Positions 30,763-41,263 are shown, counted from the stretch's first letter. The stretch: DNA of 64,000 nucleotides from Gammaproteobacteria bacterium (GCA_021773245.1 JAJFKK010000038.1:102-64101), one strand, 5' to 3'. The notes: generated by a model not told the origin, from the sequence alone. A program made the numbers and translations.

Positions 30763-32127
30763 TTAAACAGCAGCTTTATTCGTTGAAGCAGAACGTCTAT
30801 TTTGATTAGATGATCTATTACTATTGTAAGGGTTATTTGCTTGTCCATTCTTACTACGTGTTTTTTTCTTAGTCGATTTTCCTTTCCACGGACTTTTGCT
30901 ATTACTCGTGTTTCCGTCATTCGATCTATTGTTAGGTTTCTTCGAACGACTTTTTTTATTAGATGAATTTGTCCTAACCGATTCCGGTACACTATGATCA
31001 GGTTCAAAACCGTCGATTTCTTCGCGCTTAATTTTAAATTTAATAAGCTTCTCGATATCTTGCAGTTGTTTTATTTCATCCGCACTGACTAAAGAAATCG
31101 CATGTCCACTTGCACCGGCACGACCGGTTCGACCGATTCGATGCACATAGTCTTCGGAAACATTCGGTAGATCAAAATTAACAACATGAGACAGTTGATC
31201 AATATCAATCCCTCTGGAAGCGATATCAGTAGCAACTAACACTTGTACTTTATTCTGCTTAAAGTTTGCTAGTGCCTTAGTACGCTGCGACTGGCTTTTG
31301 TTGCCGTGTATTGCGGCGGCTTTGATATCATTTTGAGAAAGTTTTTTAACTAATTTATCCGAGCCATGTTTGGTACGAGCAAAGACTAAAACTTGATACC
31401 AATTGCCCTCTTTAATTAAGTGACTTAATAATTCTAATTTGCGTGCCTTATCAACCGGGTGAACAGTTTGCGAAATTTTTTCAACAGTTGAGTTACGTGG
31501 TGCAACATCGATTTCGACAGGGTTGTTAATAATGCCTTTAGCAAGCTGTCTGATTTCATCAGAGAATGTCGCAGAGAACATCAGGTTTTGACGCTTCTTC
31601 GGTAACAACGCCATGATTTTTTTAATGTCATGAATAAAACCCATATCCAACATACGGTCGGCTTCATCAAGCACGAGTATTTCGAGATCACTAAATTTCA
31701 CTGCGTTTTGTTGATACAAATCAAGCAAGCGTCCTGGTGTTGCAACAAGGACATCAACGCCTTTGCGTAGCTTCATCATTTGCGGATTAATACCTACACC
31801 ACCAAAAACAACGGCAGATCGTAAATCCATATGTTTACCATAAGTAAAAACGCTGTCTTGTACTTGTGCAGCGAGTTCGCGAGTCGGTGTTAATACCAAA
31901 GCGCGAACACGATTATTTTTTACTTTCGGTTTATTACTAAGCAGTTGTAATAACGGTAAGGTAAAACCGGCTGTTTTTCCTGTGCCAGTTTGTGCGGCAG
32001 CCATGACATCCGAGCCTTTTAAAATAGCGGGGATGGCTTGCGCCTGAATAGGGGTTGGGCTGGTATAGCCAGTGTCACGCACAGCGCGTAACAATTCTTC
32101 GGATAATCCGAGTTCTTCAAATTTCAT
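30763..32127 (-). CDS. rhlE: DEAD-box ATP-dependent RNA helicase RhlE
   Basis: 454 aa; [23 protein letters not shown]; basic low-complexity C-terminal tail as in RhlE. Confidence 0.9.
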   Translation of the reverse strand: MKFEELGLSEELLRAVRDTGYTSPTPIQAQAIPAILKGSDVMAAAQTGTGKTAGFTLPLLQLLSNKPKVKNNRVRALVLTPTRELAAQVQDSVFTYGKHMDLRSAVVFGGVGINPQMMKLRKGVDVLVATPGRLLDLYQQNAVKFSDLEILVLDEADRMLDMGFIHDIKKIMALLPKKRQNLMFSATFSDEIRQLAKGIINNPVEIDVAPRNSTVEKISQTVHPVDKARKLELLSHLIKEGNWYQVLVFARTKHGSDKLVKKLSQNDIKAAAIHGNKSQSQRTKALANFKQNKVQVLVATDIASRGIDIDQLSHVVNFDLPNVSEDYVHRIGRTGRAGASGHAISLVSADEIKQLQDIEKLIKFKIKREEIDGFEPDHSVPESVRTNSSNKKSRSKKPNNRSNDGNTSNSKSPWKGKSTKKKTRSKNGQANNPYNSNRSSNQNRRSASTNKAAV

Positions 32128-32547
32128 TTAATAAAGTATTCCTAAATATTGTTATGCCATCCGCTTTGCTATTTCTAGCTAAAGTCTACATAAGATGACA
32201 TGAGTTTCGGCGCACGCGCATTATTGCGGAGCAGTCCGAGGCATAAGGTAGTTTTGCCGTTTTACGCGGCATACAATTGTGGCTTCTCAAAAAGGAAGGG
32301 ATTTAGACTTGGTGTGTTTATTAAGTCTAATAACAACTAAAGATGTCGCTCTGAACACTATGTAGTGCTACAGATGCGCGCACATTAACAGAATTTGCTA
32401 GTAAAGCTACACATTTATTAAGATAAGCGGAACATTACGACATTATTGCCCAATACAAAGTAATGAATTCAATATCATTGATTTCTTTGTATTTAAGTCT
32501 TAGCTAGAATAAATTTAACTAAAATTAACTCAATATCGAAAGCACAT

Positions 32548-33087
32548 ATGTATAAACACTATTCTAAGATTATTTTACTTCTCATTGCCTTTTGTAGTTT
32601 AAGCGGATGTGTTGGCGTGCCTAAGGGTGTTACAACGGTAAATGGTTTTGAAATAGATCGATACTTAGGTGAATGGTATGAAATCGCGCGTTTGGATCAT
32701 TCTTTCGAAAGAGGCTTAACTAACGTATCAGCAAATTATAGTTTACGAGAAGATGGTGGCGTAAAAGTAATAAACAAAGGTTATGACCCGGTTAAAAATG
32801 AATGGAATGAAGCGGAAGGGAAAGCTTATTTCGTCGGTGATAAATCCTTAGGCCAATTAAAAGTTTCTTTTTTCGGACCATTTTACGGCGCTTATAATAT
32901 TTTAAAGTTAGATAAAAAAGACTACCAATATTCATTAGTGTCTGGCCCCGATTTTTCTTACTTATGGATCCTTGCCAGATCACCTGATTTAGATCAATCT
33001 GTGAAAAACTCACTAATAAGCTATGCTAAAGAAAAAGGCTTTGCGACAGATCAACTTATTTTTGTTTCTCACGACAAAGTAAAATAA
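32548..33087 (+). CDS. blc: Outer-membrane lipocalin Blc
   Basis: 179 aa; lipobox LSGC; YLG.WYEIARLDH.FE, Y.W.L.R lipocalin motifs. Confidence 0.85.
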   Translation: MYKHYSKIILLLIAFCSLSGCVGVPKGVTTVNGFEIDRYLGEWYEIARLDHSFERGLTNVSANYSLREDGGVKVINKGYDPVKNEWNEAEGKAYFVGDKSLGQLKVSFFGPFYGAYNILKLDKKDYQYSLVSGPDFSYLWILARSPDLDQSVKNSLISYAKEKGFATDQLIFVSHDKVK

Positions 33088-33104
33088 AAGAAGAGTAATG
33101 AGAT

Positions 33105-33395
33105 ATGGATAAAATAAATCATGTCGCGATACAGGTAGATGATATCGATATTGCGGTTGAATGGTATATGCAGAAGTTTGATACAAAATTGCTTTACCAA
33201 GATGAATCATGGGCATTGATTCAATTTGATAACTTATCTCTGGCTTTAGTACTTCCAAATCAACATCCTTCACATTTTGCTATCGATAACCATGAAGCAG
33301 AAAAATATGGCGAGCTAACAAAACATCGCGATGGTACAGCTTCTATTTATATAAAAGATCCCTTTGGTAATTCAGTCGAAATAATAAAAAGTTAA
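33105..33395 (+). CDS. VOC/glyoxalase-fold small protein
   Basis: 96 aa; INHVAIQV.DI..A..WY, H.A......DPFGN..E. Confidence 0.6.
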   Translation: MDKINHVAIQVDDIDIAVEWYMQKFDTKLLYQDESWALIQFDNLSLALVLPNQHPSHFAIDNHEAEKYGELTKHRDGTASIYIKDPFGNSVEIIKS

Positions 33396-33654
33396 GCCAG
33401 ATTTAATAGAATCATGTGAATCTATCTCACCTAAGCTAAAAATCATTTAAATATCTCATACTATCTCCTTACTAAATAAAGTGAATCTTTAACTATTCTT
33501 AACTATATTTACAGGATGAAGGGCTCATCAAGATATTGAACTATATCAAATTAGACTTTAAATATAGTGTTCGATAACCTTGGTTCTACAAGTGCTTCAT
33601 GGAAACATGCAGCTGAAACCGTAATTATACTATGGGTACGAGATTTGATGCGTT

Positions 33655-34635
33655 ATGAGACTAATTAGTATTTTAGATGTCGCCAATACCTCTTACGATG
33701 AGCAAGTTTTTCGAACTTCGAATACTTCTAATATCATTGTATTTTTAGTTTTCGCTACTCTGATAGCGATTTGCACTTATATCTTCATTGCAAATGGTTA
33801 TTACCTAAAATCATTTTTCTGGAACTATGTTATTTATCTGTGGTGTATATTTTGGTTCGGCCTTTTTGTCTGGATGGCATGGTCTCGGTTTCGTTCATGC
33901 TTACTTCCTACAAATTGGCTCGTAAAATTAAGCTCCGATCGTCTGTTAGTAAAATATCGTTCTTTCCAGAATCTTAATTATGCGGATACTGATCCCGTTA
34001 TTATTGAATTATCATGGCGAGATCTTAATTGGGTGCGTAAAACAAAAGAAACGTCATCGAAAGATCATGGTGATAGCACGACAACAGAATTTTTCACCTA
34101 CATTGATATTAACTTGCAGTTATCAAAAGATGAATTACAAGAAATTAAATCAGCATTGAATGAAGAAAGAAAACGTAAACCACCGGCATCGGAAGTAGGT
34201 GAATTGCGACATGAGTTGTTTCAAGCCAGAAAAAGTAAAGCAGACAAACACGAAATTCAGGAAATAAAGGAAAGAATTCGTCGCGCCAAAGGAAATAGTA
34301 AATCTAGCCAAAAAGTATCAGGTGTTAAACATAATGATTACCCTGTAAGGTTAATTGATAATATTTTGCGGATCAGATGGAATGGCTTAAAGCCAAAAGC
34401 TAATCAAGCAATAAAATCGTTTACCTTACACACAAAACTTGAGACAGACTTAAAACTAGACTCCGATTCAACGAGTGATTCACTCAAAGGAAAAGAACTC
34501 GATGACATGATTCTCGACCGAGTAAGTAAGGGAGATAGATTTGATGCTATGACATTAGTAAAAAAACACTATGGATATAGCACAACAGAAGCCAAGAAAT
34601 TTATAGATGAACTGGCTAACAAACCAATTGAATGA
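33655..34635 (+). CDS. Hypothetical membrane protein with C-terminal L7/L12-C-like motif
   Basis: 326 aa; two N-terminal TM helices; K/E-rich middle; no confident family. Confidence 0.4.
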   Translation: MRLISILDVANTSYDEQVFRTSNTSNIIVFLVFATLIAICTYIFIANGYYLKSFFWNYVIYLWCIFWFGLFVWMAWSRFRSCLLPTNWLVKLSSDRLLVKYRSFQNLNYADTDPVIIELSWRDLNWVRKTKETSSKDHGDSTTTEFFTYIDINLQLSKDELQEIKSALNEERKRKPPASEVGELRHELFQARKSKADKHEIQEIKERIRRAKGNSKSSQKVSGVKHNDYPVRLIDNILRIRWNGLKPKANQAIKSFTLHTKLETDLKLDSDSTSDSLKGKELDDMILDRVSKGDRFDAMTLVKKHYGYSTTEAKKFIDELANKPIE

Positions 34636-34654
34636 AAAATAATTTAGCCTAAAT

Positions 34655-35533
34655 ATGTTTAATAAATCTGAAGAATTCGAATATTCTGAACGTGATAAAA
34701 AGATACATCGCCTGATTGTTATTGAAGGCAGTGTCAATCTCATTGTCCTGATAGCAAAATTGTTTGTTGGTTTATCAACCGGCTCCTTAGCCATTATTGC
34801 CGATGCAATACACTCCTTAACGGATCTTGCTAATAATATAGTCGCCTGGGTTGTTGTGCGCTTATCCGCAATGCCAGCAGATCGTGAACATCCCTACGGA
34901 CATCGTAAATTTGAAACCTTAGCCGTGTTTGCCTTGGCTACCTTGCTGGCCGTATTTGCATTCGAAATTGCGAAGAATGCAGTAATAAAAGAAACAACGG
35001 AGATTATTAGCGGCAATTGGGAACTCGCCGTGATGATAACGGTGCTGGTGATTAATATCACGTTAGCAGCATGGCAACGTTATTGGGCCAAAAAATTAAA
35101 ATCCAGCATTATGCTTGCTGATGCGGCACATACCTTTGCCGATGTATTAACCACCGTTGTTGTTATTGTCGGTTGGCAGTTATCGGCCATGGGATTTTTA
35201 ATCGCCGATAGATTATGCGCGCTTGGCGTTGCCGGTTTTGTTTTTTATCTCGCTTACCGATTATTTAAAACAGCATTTCCAGTGCTCGTCGATGAATATG
35301 CGATCGATCCGGAAGAGATCAACGAAGTGGTCATGAATATTGATGGCGTTAAAGAAGTAGGGCGTATTCGTTCACGCTGGATCGGATCAGATGTTGCCAT
35401 CGACATGGTGGTTTCAGTTGATGCAAAATTAACAACAGAAGAATCACATCACATTGCTGATCAAATTGAAACAATGATAGAAGAACAATTCAATGTCGGC
35501 GATGCCTTCATACATATCGAACCTTATAAATAA
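34655..35533 (+). CDS. Cation diffusion facilitator (CDF) transporter
   Basis: 292 aa; SLAIIADAIHSLTD, six TM helices, cytoplasmic C-terminal domain ending HIEP. Confidence 0.85.
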   Translation: MFNKSEEFEYSERDKKIHRLIVIEGSVNLIVLIAKLFVGLSTGSLAIIADAIHSLTDLANNIVAWVVVRLSAMPADREHPYGHRKFETLAVFALATLLAVFAFEIAKNAVIKETTEIISGNWELAVMITVLVINITLAAWQRYWAKKLKSSIMLADAAHTFADVLTTVVVIVGWQLSAMGFLIADRLCALGVAGFVFYLAYRLFKTAFPVLVDEYAIDPEEINEVVMNIDGVKEVGRIRSRWIGSDVAIDMVVSVDAKLTTEESHHIADQIETMIEEQFNVGDAFIHIEPYK

Positions 35534-35549
35534 TTATCTGTACATAATT

Positions 35550-35870
35550 TTAATCCAGCAAGAATCGTCCAAGCTGTTGCTTGAGTAATTTATTTTCCGA
35601 ACGAAGTTTTTCCAGCTCATCGATCATATCGAGATATAGCGGAATACCAATCCAATCGATATCAAAATCCCGATGCAGTCGCGATGCGCGTTTGGCAATG
35701 CTGAGCATATAACAATCGAAACACCATTCGTTTGGCGAATCGCCACTCGGCTCGATAACGCCTTCTTCAACGATAGTAATTAATACCTCAGTCGGCAGTT
35801 CAGCAATTTCGCATACTTCGTCGAGCGTTAGCTCTACAGTTAAACTCGTTTCCATTATGCAGTCCTCCAT
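35550..35870 (-). CDS. cbpM: Chaperone modulator CbpM
   Basis: 106 aa immediately downstream of and overlapping cbpA; MerR-like fold pattern. Confidence 0.75.
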   Translation of the reverse strand: MEDCIMETSLTVELTLDEVCEIAELPTEVLITIVEEGVIEPSGDSPNEWCFDCYMLSIAKRASRLHRDFDIDWIGIPLYLDMIDELEKLRSENKLLKQQLGRFLLD

Positions 35871-36802
35871 TCGCTACGTGGATTGAATGTCGAATTTTTC
35901 GATAAGGATTCCCAAAGTTGTTTGGCTTCATCATCCGTCTTATCAGGAACGACTATTTTCAAGACCGCATACAAATCACCCGTGCCGGTTTTACCAGGCA
36001 GGCCTTTACCTTTAATGCGCATGCGCTTACCGGTCTGGCTATTTTGCGGCAAGGTCAGATTAATATTACCCGAGAGTGTCGGTACCTCGACCTTGGTACC
36101 CAGTATCGCTTCCCATGGCGAGATCGGAACGGTAATAATCAAATTATGCCCTTCAACATCATAAAGCGGATGCGGGACCAAACGGATATGCAAATACAAA
36201 TCACCATTGGCTCCCTCACCAATACCGGGGCCGCCCTGAGCTTTTAAACGAATACGTTCGCCCTCGGTCACACCTTTGGGAATTTTAATATTCAGGGTCT
36301 TCTTAACATCCGCCAACCTGCGTCCCTCGGCATCGTAATGCGGAAGACTAAAAGAAATCGTTTTCTGTTTATCCGAAATCGTTTCTTCAAGAAAAATCGG
36401 TAATTCAGTTTCAATATCCTGACCGCGGAAACTAAAGTGCGATTGGCGATTAGCTTGCGGGCCGCTGGTGCCAGCGCGCGAACCACCCGCACCAAATATC
36501 GATTCAAAGAAATCAGAAAAATCGCCATCATGAGAAGCAGACGATTGCCAACCCGGCGGCGGCGTAAAGCTTTGGCCTTCCTTGCCGCCGTATTTGCGCA
36601 GCTCATCATATTCCGTTCGTTTCGCCGGATCTTTCAGCGCAGCATAGGCTTCAGCAACATCCTTGAATTTGGCTTCAGCATCCTTGTGTTCGCTAACATC
36701 CGGATGATACTTGCGCGCCAGTTTTCGATAAGCGGTTTTAATCGCCTTTAGATCGGCCTCCGGCTCAACCCCGAGAATCTTGTAATAATCTTTAAATTCC
36801 AT
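35855..36802 (-). CDS. cbpA: Curved-DNA-binding DnaJ homologue CbpA
   Basis: 315 aa; J domain (DYYKILGV...[11 protein letters not shown]) without a zinc-finger region. Confidence 0.85.
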   Translation of the reverse strand: MEFKDYYKILGVEPEADLKAIKTAYRKLARKYHPDVSEHKDAEAKFKDVAEAYAALKDPAKRTEYDELRKYGGKEGQSFTPPPGWQSSASHDGDFSDFFESIFGAGGSRAGTSGPQANRQSHFSFRGQDIETELPIFLEETISDKQKTISFSLPHYDAEGRRLADVKKTLNIKIPKGVTEGERIRLKAQGGPGIGEGANGDLYLHIRLVPHPLYDVEGHNLIITVPISPWEAILGTKVEVPTLSGNINLTLPQNSQTGKRMRIKGKGLPGKTGTGDLYAVLKIVVPDKTDDEAKQLWESLSKNSTFNPRSEWRTA

Positions 36803-36922
36803 TCATAACCTCTTGTGATTCAACATTGATGTTCAAGAATGACAAAGCAGTTTTAAAGATAGCACTTTCTCTTCACTAAAAGCACCATGAAAGTGAAATG
36901 ACGAAATTGCAGAATAGTTTCA

Positions 36923-36956
36923 CTTCAAATACCCGCTCAAATAAGGCAAATTAAAT
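36923..36956 (+). repeat. 34-nt junction motif, copy a (degenerate)
   Basis: CTTCAAATACCCGCTCAAATAAGGCAAATTAAAT; aligns without gaps to copies at 38996, 43436, 45487 and 16202. Confidence 0.6.
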
Positions 36957-37266
36957 TCATGAAAGTTAACAAAGGCTGGCACTATTTATTGCCATTAATA
37001 CTGCCGGGCTGTAATAGTATAAATACATGATTACCCAAAACTTCAAAAGGACTTACCGCAGCATCGCTATCTGAAAAAACTAGAGCGGGCAAAATCAGAA
37101 GTACTTAATAGTCAACAAAAAGGCGATGAGGAACGGTTGAGTACAAAGTTTATTATAAAACTGAAGATGGGAGACAAAATATTCTACATGAAAAACCGAC
37201 TTTTCTAATAATTGAAAGACGTTGGCATTATATTGAAAGTATAGTGAAAATAGCGAAATTAAAATA
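36940..37266 (+). pseudogene. Relic of mltC 5' end fused to ychJ 3' end
   Basis: 36940-37025 nearly identical to 39013-39107 (1 mismatch plus a 9-bp indel); 37026-37266 aligns at roughly 70% identity to ychJ 40424-40667. Confidence 0.8.
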
Positions 37267-37294
37267 AAAAATAAACTTTCTTTTTTCTTGTTAA

Positions 37295-38596
37295 TTAATA
37301 TTTAAATTTCGTTATCGATTTTTTCATGTTTTCAAAAATCGGCTCAGAAATATGTTGAGGAAAGTCTTTAGATACACGAGAAGAAACTTCAGAAATGACG
37401 TGATCAACTTCACTGATAGATTCATCAATGGTATCTATCATTGCGGTTCCTGGAAAATCAACTTTCTTACTTTGAGCCAACCAATGTCGTGGCAACATAG
37501 TATGCCAATGATAATGTGTATTCTTACTATGTAAGGCCATGGCCATTTTTAGTTTTTGATAATCAATCTGTCTTTTGTTAGAGATAGTATATGCAGATAT
37601 AACATCATAAATAGGTGTTAAACAGAATCGGCCTCCTTGCTTTAAAAAGATACTGAAATTTTTTGCATGGCCATCAATAGCACCAAGTAACCAGAATAGA
37701 AAAATAGTTTTCATAAATTGTTTTCTTTCTTCTTCAGGTTTCAAAGAAGACTTTAAAACATCCATAATTGTTTCAATTCCCGGTCCTCCATGACTTTCAT
37801 ATTTTAAACCAGGTGCTTTTCCAGTTGCTTGGCACATATCTTCTTGCGGTATTCTGATGATCCAGTCTCCATCATCTGAAAATTCACGATCAAAACGCTC
37901 TACAATCAATACCGTAACGTCTTCAAACGTTTTTATTTCTACATTAGGAACTGGAATGTTAAATTCTTTTAAAATATTGTTGCATAGCCATTCGTTTTCA
38001 ACACTCTCACTTAAGTCAATGTTGTTATATTCGATTTTCCCTATAGGTAATTTAAAGATATGCGTTGTTGGAGTAGCACCTATTGGACGTTGCCATTTTC
38101 CATCATGCCAAAGCAAAGCCGTCTTTTCCTGTGCGCCGGCAAGTGAAATTCGAAAATCATCATCTTCCGACATGCCGAGTGGAATTGTCTTATAGTTTTT
38201 CAGTTCCTCAGCGATTTTTTTATCACTTAGAGGCGTGCCTTCAATTTTTTTTACATCAACCTCATTTTTTTCTGTTAATAATTGAATCGCACCAACACAA
38301 TCCTTTCCTATAATAGAAAGCAAATCGAATGGCCTATCTGTCTTTGCACCGAACCTAGCCTGAATACGTTCTCTGATATCTTTATTATCAGGTAAAAGGT
38401 TAGCAAAATAATTGTATACGTTATCCCCTTTATGTTTCTTTTCTGTCAGTGGTAATGATAAAGATAATGGGATGGCTAGATCTTTATGTTCTAACCATGA
38501 ATCACTATAAATAAATTCCTGCATTCCACTTTTATGTTGAATGTACTCACCAACTTCATAGCCATTCATATAAACAAACAACGATGCCATTACCAA
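37295..38596 (-). CDS. hipA: Type II toxin HipA (Ser/Thr kinase)
   Basis: 433 aa; SLAGAQEK, HAKNFS motifs; 7-nt overlap with upstream hipB. Confidence 0.9.
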   Translation of the reverse strand: MVMASLFVYMNGYEVGEYIQHKSGMQEFIYSDSWLEHKDLAIPLSLSLPLTEKKHKGDNVYNYFANLLPDNKDIRERIQARFGAKTDRPFDLLSIIGKDCVGAIQLLTEKNEVDVKKIEGTPLSDKKIAEELKNYKTIPLGMSEDDDFRISLAGAQEKTALLWHDGKWQRPIGATPTTHIFKLPIGKIEYNNIDLSESVENEWLCNNILKEFNIPVPNVEIKTFEDVTVLIVERFDREFSDDGDWIIRIPQEDMCQATGKAPGLKYESHGGPGIETIMDVLKSSLKPEEERKQFMKTIFLFWLLGAIDGHAKNFSIFLKQGGRFCLTPIYDVISAYTISNKRQIDYQKLKMAMALHSKNTHYHWHTMLPRHWLAQSKKVDFPGTAMIDTIDESISEVDHVISEVSSRVSKDFPQHISEPIFENMKKSITKFKY

Positions 38597-38832
38597 AGTC
38601 CTTTCTTAGTTTTAGATTTAACACGTGGTTCTAAATATATTTCGAGTCCAAGCGCAGACATAATGTTAAATAAAGTTTCAAGTCGTACACCCTGTTTTCC
38701 TGCTTCGATATTTGAAACAGTTTTTTGGGTCAAGTTAAAACGTTGCCCTGCCTCTGTTTGAGTTAGATTCTGCTCCATTCGGTACTTTCGTAGTACCTTG
38801 CCTAAAGTTTTGGGAGAGGTAATTGGAATCAT
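38590..38832 (-). CDS. hipB: HipB antitoxin (XRE HTH)
   Basis: 80 aa; HTH LTQTEAGQRFNLTQKTVSNIE; precedes hipA. Confidence 0.85.
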   Translation of the reverse strand: MIPITSPKTLGKVLRKYRMEQNLTQTEAGQRFNLTQKTVSNIEAGKQGVRLETLFNIMSALGLEIYLEPRVKSKTKKGLW

Positions 38833-38864
38833 GATCTTTATCTCAAGTTAATGTTGATTTCTAA

Positions 38865-38963
38865 TATATCCGTAAGGGTATATCTTTAGTTTATATCTGT
38901 AAAGGTATATTTTAAGTTTATACCTTTAAGGGTATATATGCAGAATATATCTTTAAAGGTATA
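38865..38963. promoter_or_regulatory. Four HipB-type operator half-palindromes at exact 27-bp spacing
   Basis: TATATCCGTAAGGGTATA (38865), TATATCTGTAAAGGTATA (38892), TATACCTTTAAGGGTATA (38919), TATATCTTTAAAGGTATA (38946), directly upstream of hipB. Confidence 0.75.
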
Positions 38964-38995
38964 AATTAGACTTTGTAGATCGTTGTTTTATAGCG

Positions 38996-39029
38996 CTTTT
39001 AAAGCCGTTCTGAATAAGGCAAAGTAAAT
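38996..39029 (+). repeat. 34-nt junction motif, copy b
   Basis: CTTTTAAAGCCGTTCTGAATAAGGCAAAGTAAAT, ends 2 nt before the mltC ATG. Confidence 0.6.
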
Positions 39030-39031
39030 TC

Positions 39032-40204
39032 ATGAAAGTTAACAAAGGCTGGCACTATTTATTGCCATTAATACTATTAATACTGCCGGGCTGTAATAGT
39101 ATAAATATTTGGGACATACGGGATATCGGCGCCGTAGTCGAGGATCCGAGTACAGCCAAACAAGTATTGAAGAACAGAGGTCGGAGTTATGCCGAAAGCA
39201 AAATCCCCGCCGATCTAAAAGCCCTAAAAGTCACTATAGAAAGATTTGTAGAACAAATTGATAATATTTGGGGAAAAGATGACGCCAAACAATCCGGTCC
39301 GAAAGACTACGTAAAATACACCGATAAATATTACAACCGCGCACATGTTAATTTTGAGAGCGGCACAGTCACTATCGAAACGCTAGCACCAGATTCACAA
39401 GAAGATTATTTAAAGAAAGCCATCATAACCACATTACTAACGCCAGATGATCCAAGACAAGTTGATCTCTATTCCGATGCCACGCCAGTAGGAGATGGCA
39501 ATCCTTTTCTCTACGAACAAGTATTAGATCACGAAGGCAAAGCCATACAATGGCAATGGCGTGCTAATCGTTATGCAGAATACTTAATAAAAAATAAAAT
39601 CAGTAAAGTTAAAATAGGTGATAAGAATGGACTAAGAGTCATCTTTCCATTAGTTAAAACGCACCAGAAAATTCGGGCTTATAAATACGCCTCATTAGTA
39701 CGCAAATACAGCAAGAAATATAATGTTACCGAAAGTTTAATCTACGGCATTATAAAAACAGAAAGCAGTTTCAATCCGTTTGCCGTTAGCCATGCCCCGG
39801 CGTATGGACTAATGCAGATTGTTCCGAGTACTGCGGGCCGAGATGTCTTCGAAAAAATAAAAAAAAGCCCCGGGCAACCCAGTCCGCAAAATCTGTATAA
39901 CCCTGAATACAATATTGATATCGGCACGGCTTATGTAAAAATATTACAAGAGCAATATTTGGTAAAAGTAAAAGACCAAAATGCGCGTCGCTATACAGTA
40001 ATCTCTGCCTACAACGGCGGCGCGGGTAATGTACTAAAAACCTTCTCATCCAATCGAGAACAAGCCGTAGTAAAAATAAACCAGCTCTCATCAAACGAGG
40101 TCTACCAACAACTTACTAACAAACACCCCAAACAAGAATCACGTCGTTACCTATTAAAAGTAGACGAAGCCCAGAAAGAGTTTTGGAAGAACGAAGGTTT
40201 TTAA
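39032..40204 (+). CDS. mltC: Membrane-bound lytic murein transglycosylase C
   Basis: 390 aa; lipobox LPGC; SLT catalytic region ESSFNP.A.S.A.A.GLMQ..P.TA. Confidence 0.85.
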   Translation: MKVNKGWHYLLPLILLILPGCNSINIWDIRDIGAVVEDPSTAKQVLKNRGRSYAESKIPADLKALKVTIERFVEQIDNIWGKDDAKQSGPKDYVKYTDKYYNRAHVNFESGTVTIETLAPDSQEDYLKKAIITTLLTPDDPRQVDLYSDATPVGDGNPFLYEQVLDHEGKAIQWQWRANRYAEYLIKNKISKVKIGDKNGLRVIFPLVKTHQKIRAYKYASLVRKYSKKYNVTESLIYGIIKTESSFNPFAVSHAPAYGLMQIVPSTAGRDVFEKIKKSPGQPSPQNLYNPEYNIDIGTAYVKILQEQYLVKVKDQNARRYTVISAYNGGAGNVLKTFSSNREQAVVKINQLSSNEVYQQLTNKHPKQESRRYLLKVDEAQKEFWKNEGF

Positions 40205-40226
40205 AACCACAGATTTAATTGAAACT

Positions 40227-40667
40227 ATGACAAACATATGTCCCTGCGAACAAGGTGAATTGCGAAGCGAGAGAGGGCAGCCTGGGCTGAGCGGAAAACC
40301 ATTTGAAAAATGTTGCGAACGTTTTCTAAATGGAAGTGCTAACGCAACAACTCCAAAACAACTCATGCGCTCAAGATACACCGCTTATGCATTAGGCAAC
40401 TATGGCGAATATTTACTAGCAACATGGTTACCCGAAAAAAGAATAGGACTGACCGCCGAATCGCTATCTGAAAAAAGGCTGGAGTGGGTAAAATTAGAAA
40501 TACTCAATAGCCATCAAACAGGCGATGCAGGCAGGGTTGAGTTTAAGGCTTATTATAAAACGGATGATGAAGAACTAAATATTCTGCATGAAAAATCGAC
40601 TTTTCGAAGAATTGATAGGCGTTGGTACTATGTTGAAGGCGAGGTAAAACAGGAAAATACTGAATAA
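40227..40667 (+). CDS. ychJ: YchJ-family (UPF0225, SEC-C motif) protein with a 14-aa insertion in the N-terminal zinc knuckle
   Basis: 146 aa; CPC..[14 aa]..SGKPFEKCC, LMRSRYTAY, RWYYVEG. Confidence 0.75.
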   Translation: MTNICPCEQGELRSERGQPGLSGKPFEKCCERFLNGSANATTPKQLMRSRYTAYALGNYGEYLLATWLPEKRIGLTAESLSEKRLEWVKLEILNSHQTGDAGRVEFKAYYKTDDEELNILHEKSTFRRIDRRWYYVEGEVKQENTE

Positions 40668-40688
40668 AATAATTATTTAAATATGAGA

Positions 40689-41186
40689 TTATTCAAATAA
40701 TTTCTCAATTGTTGAGATAAGTAAAAATAGTTTTAAATCTTGATTAGGCAAATTAATAAAACCATAACTTTCATAAAAAGATTTAGCCTTTTCATTAATC
40801 GAATCAACAATGATGCACTTTATTCCCATTTCATTAGAAGTAAGATAAATTCGCTTTAATGCATTAAAGAGTAGACGTTCACCCAAGCCTGTACCTTGCA
40901 TTTTTAAATCAACAGCTAATCTTGATAATCGAGCTGCGGGTACCGGGTAACGGGGCAGTTGTTTTGAAATATTTTCAGGTAATTCTTCAAAGTTAATTGA
41001 AGCTGAACAAATCGAATAATATCCCTGTATTATTTTTTCATCATCATCAATGGCTACAAAGGTTCTGGAAATACTTTTTTTATCGTTCTGCCGTGCGTAA
41101 CGAATGAGATAGTCGTTAAGTGATTTAACACCACAATCAAAATTATTTCGTATATGAGATTTTTCTAGAAGCTCGATGATGTACAT
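40689..41186 (-). CDS. GNAT acetyltransferase toxin (TacT/KacT-like)
   Basis: 165 aa; F.CG...LN.YL, RLAVD...QG.GLG..LL..AL, downstream of a DUF1778 gene. Confidence 0.8.
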   Translation of the reverse strand: MYIIELLEKSHIRNNFDCGVKSLNDYLIRYARQNDKKSISRTFVAIDDDEKIIQGYYSICSASINFEELPENISKQLPRYPVPAARLSRLAVDLKMQGTGLGERLLFNALKRIYLTSNEMGIKCIIVDSINEKAKSFYESYGFINLPNQDLKLFLLISTIEKLFE

Positions 41187-41263
41187 GGAAGTATGAATGT
41201 CGTGTTAAACAGGGATGTTGATAGCGACCCTGAGCATCGTATACATTCCTTAGTGCAAGATTA

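Noticed and set aside
38865-38963. Regularly spaced 27-bp repeat array considered as a mini-CRISPR
   Set aside because: There are only four imperfect 18-nt palindromic units with 9-nt gaps and no cas genes. The position directly upstream of hipB matches HipB operators.
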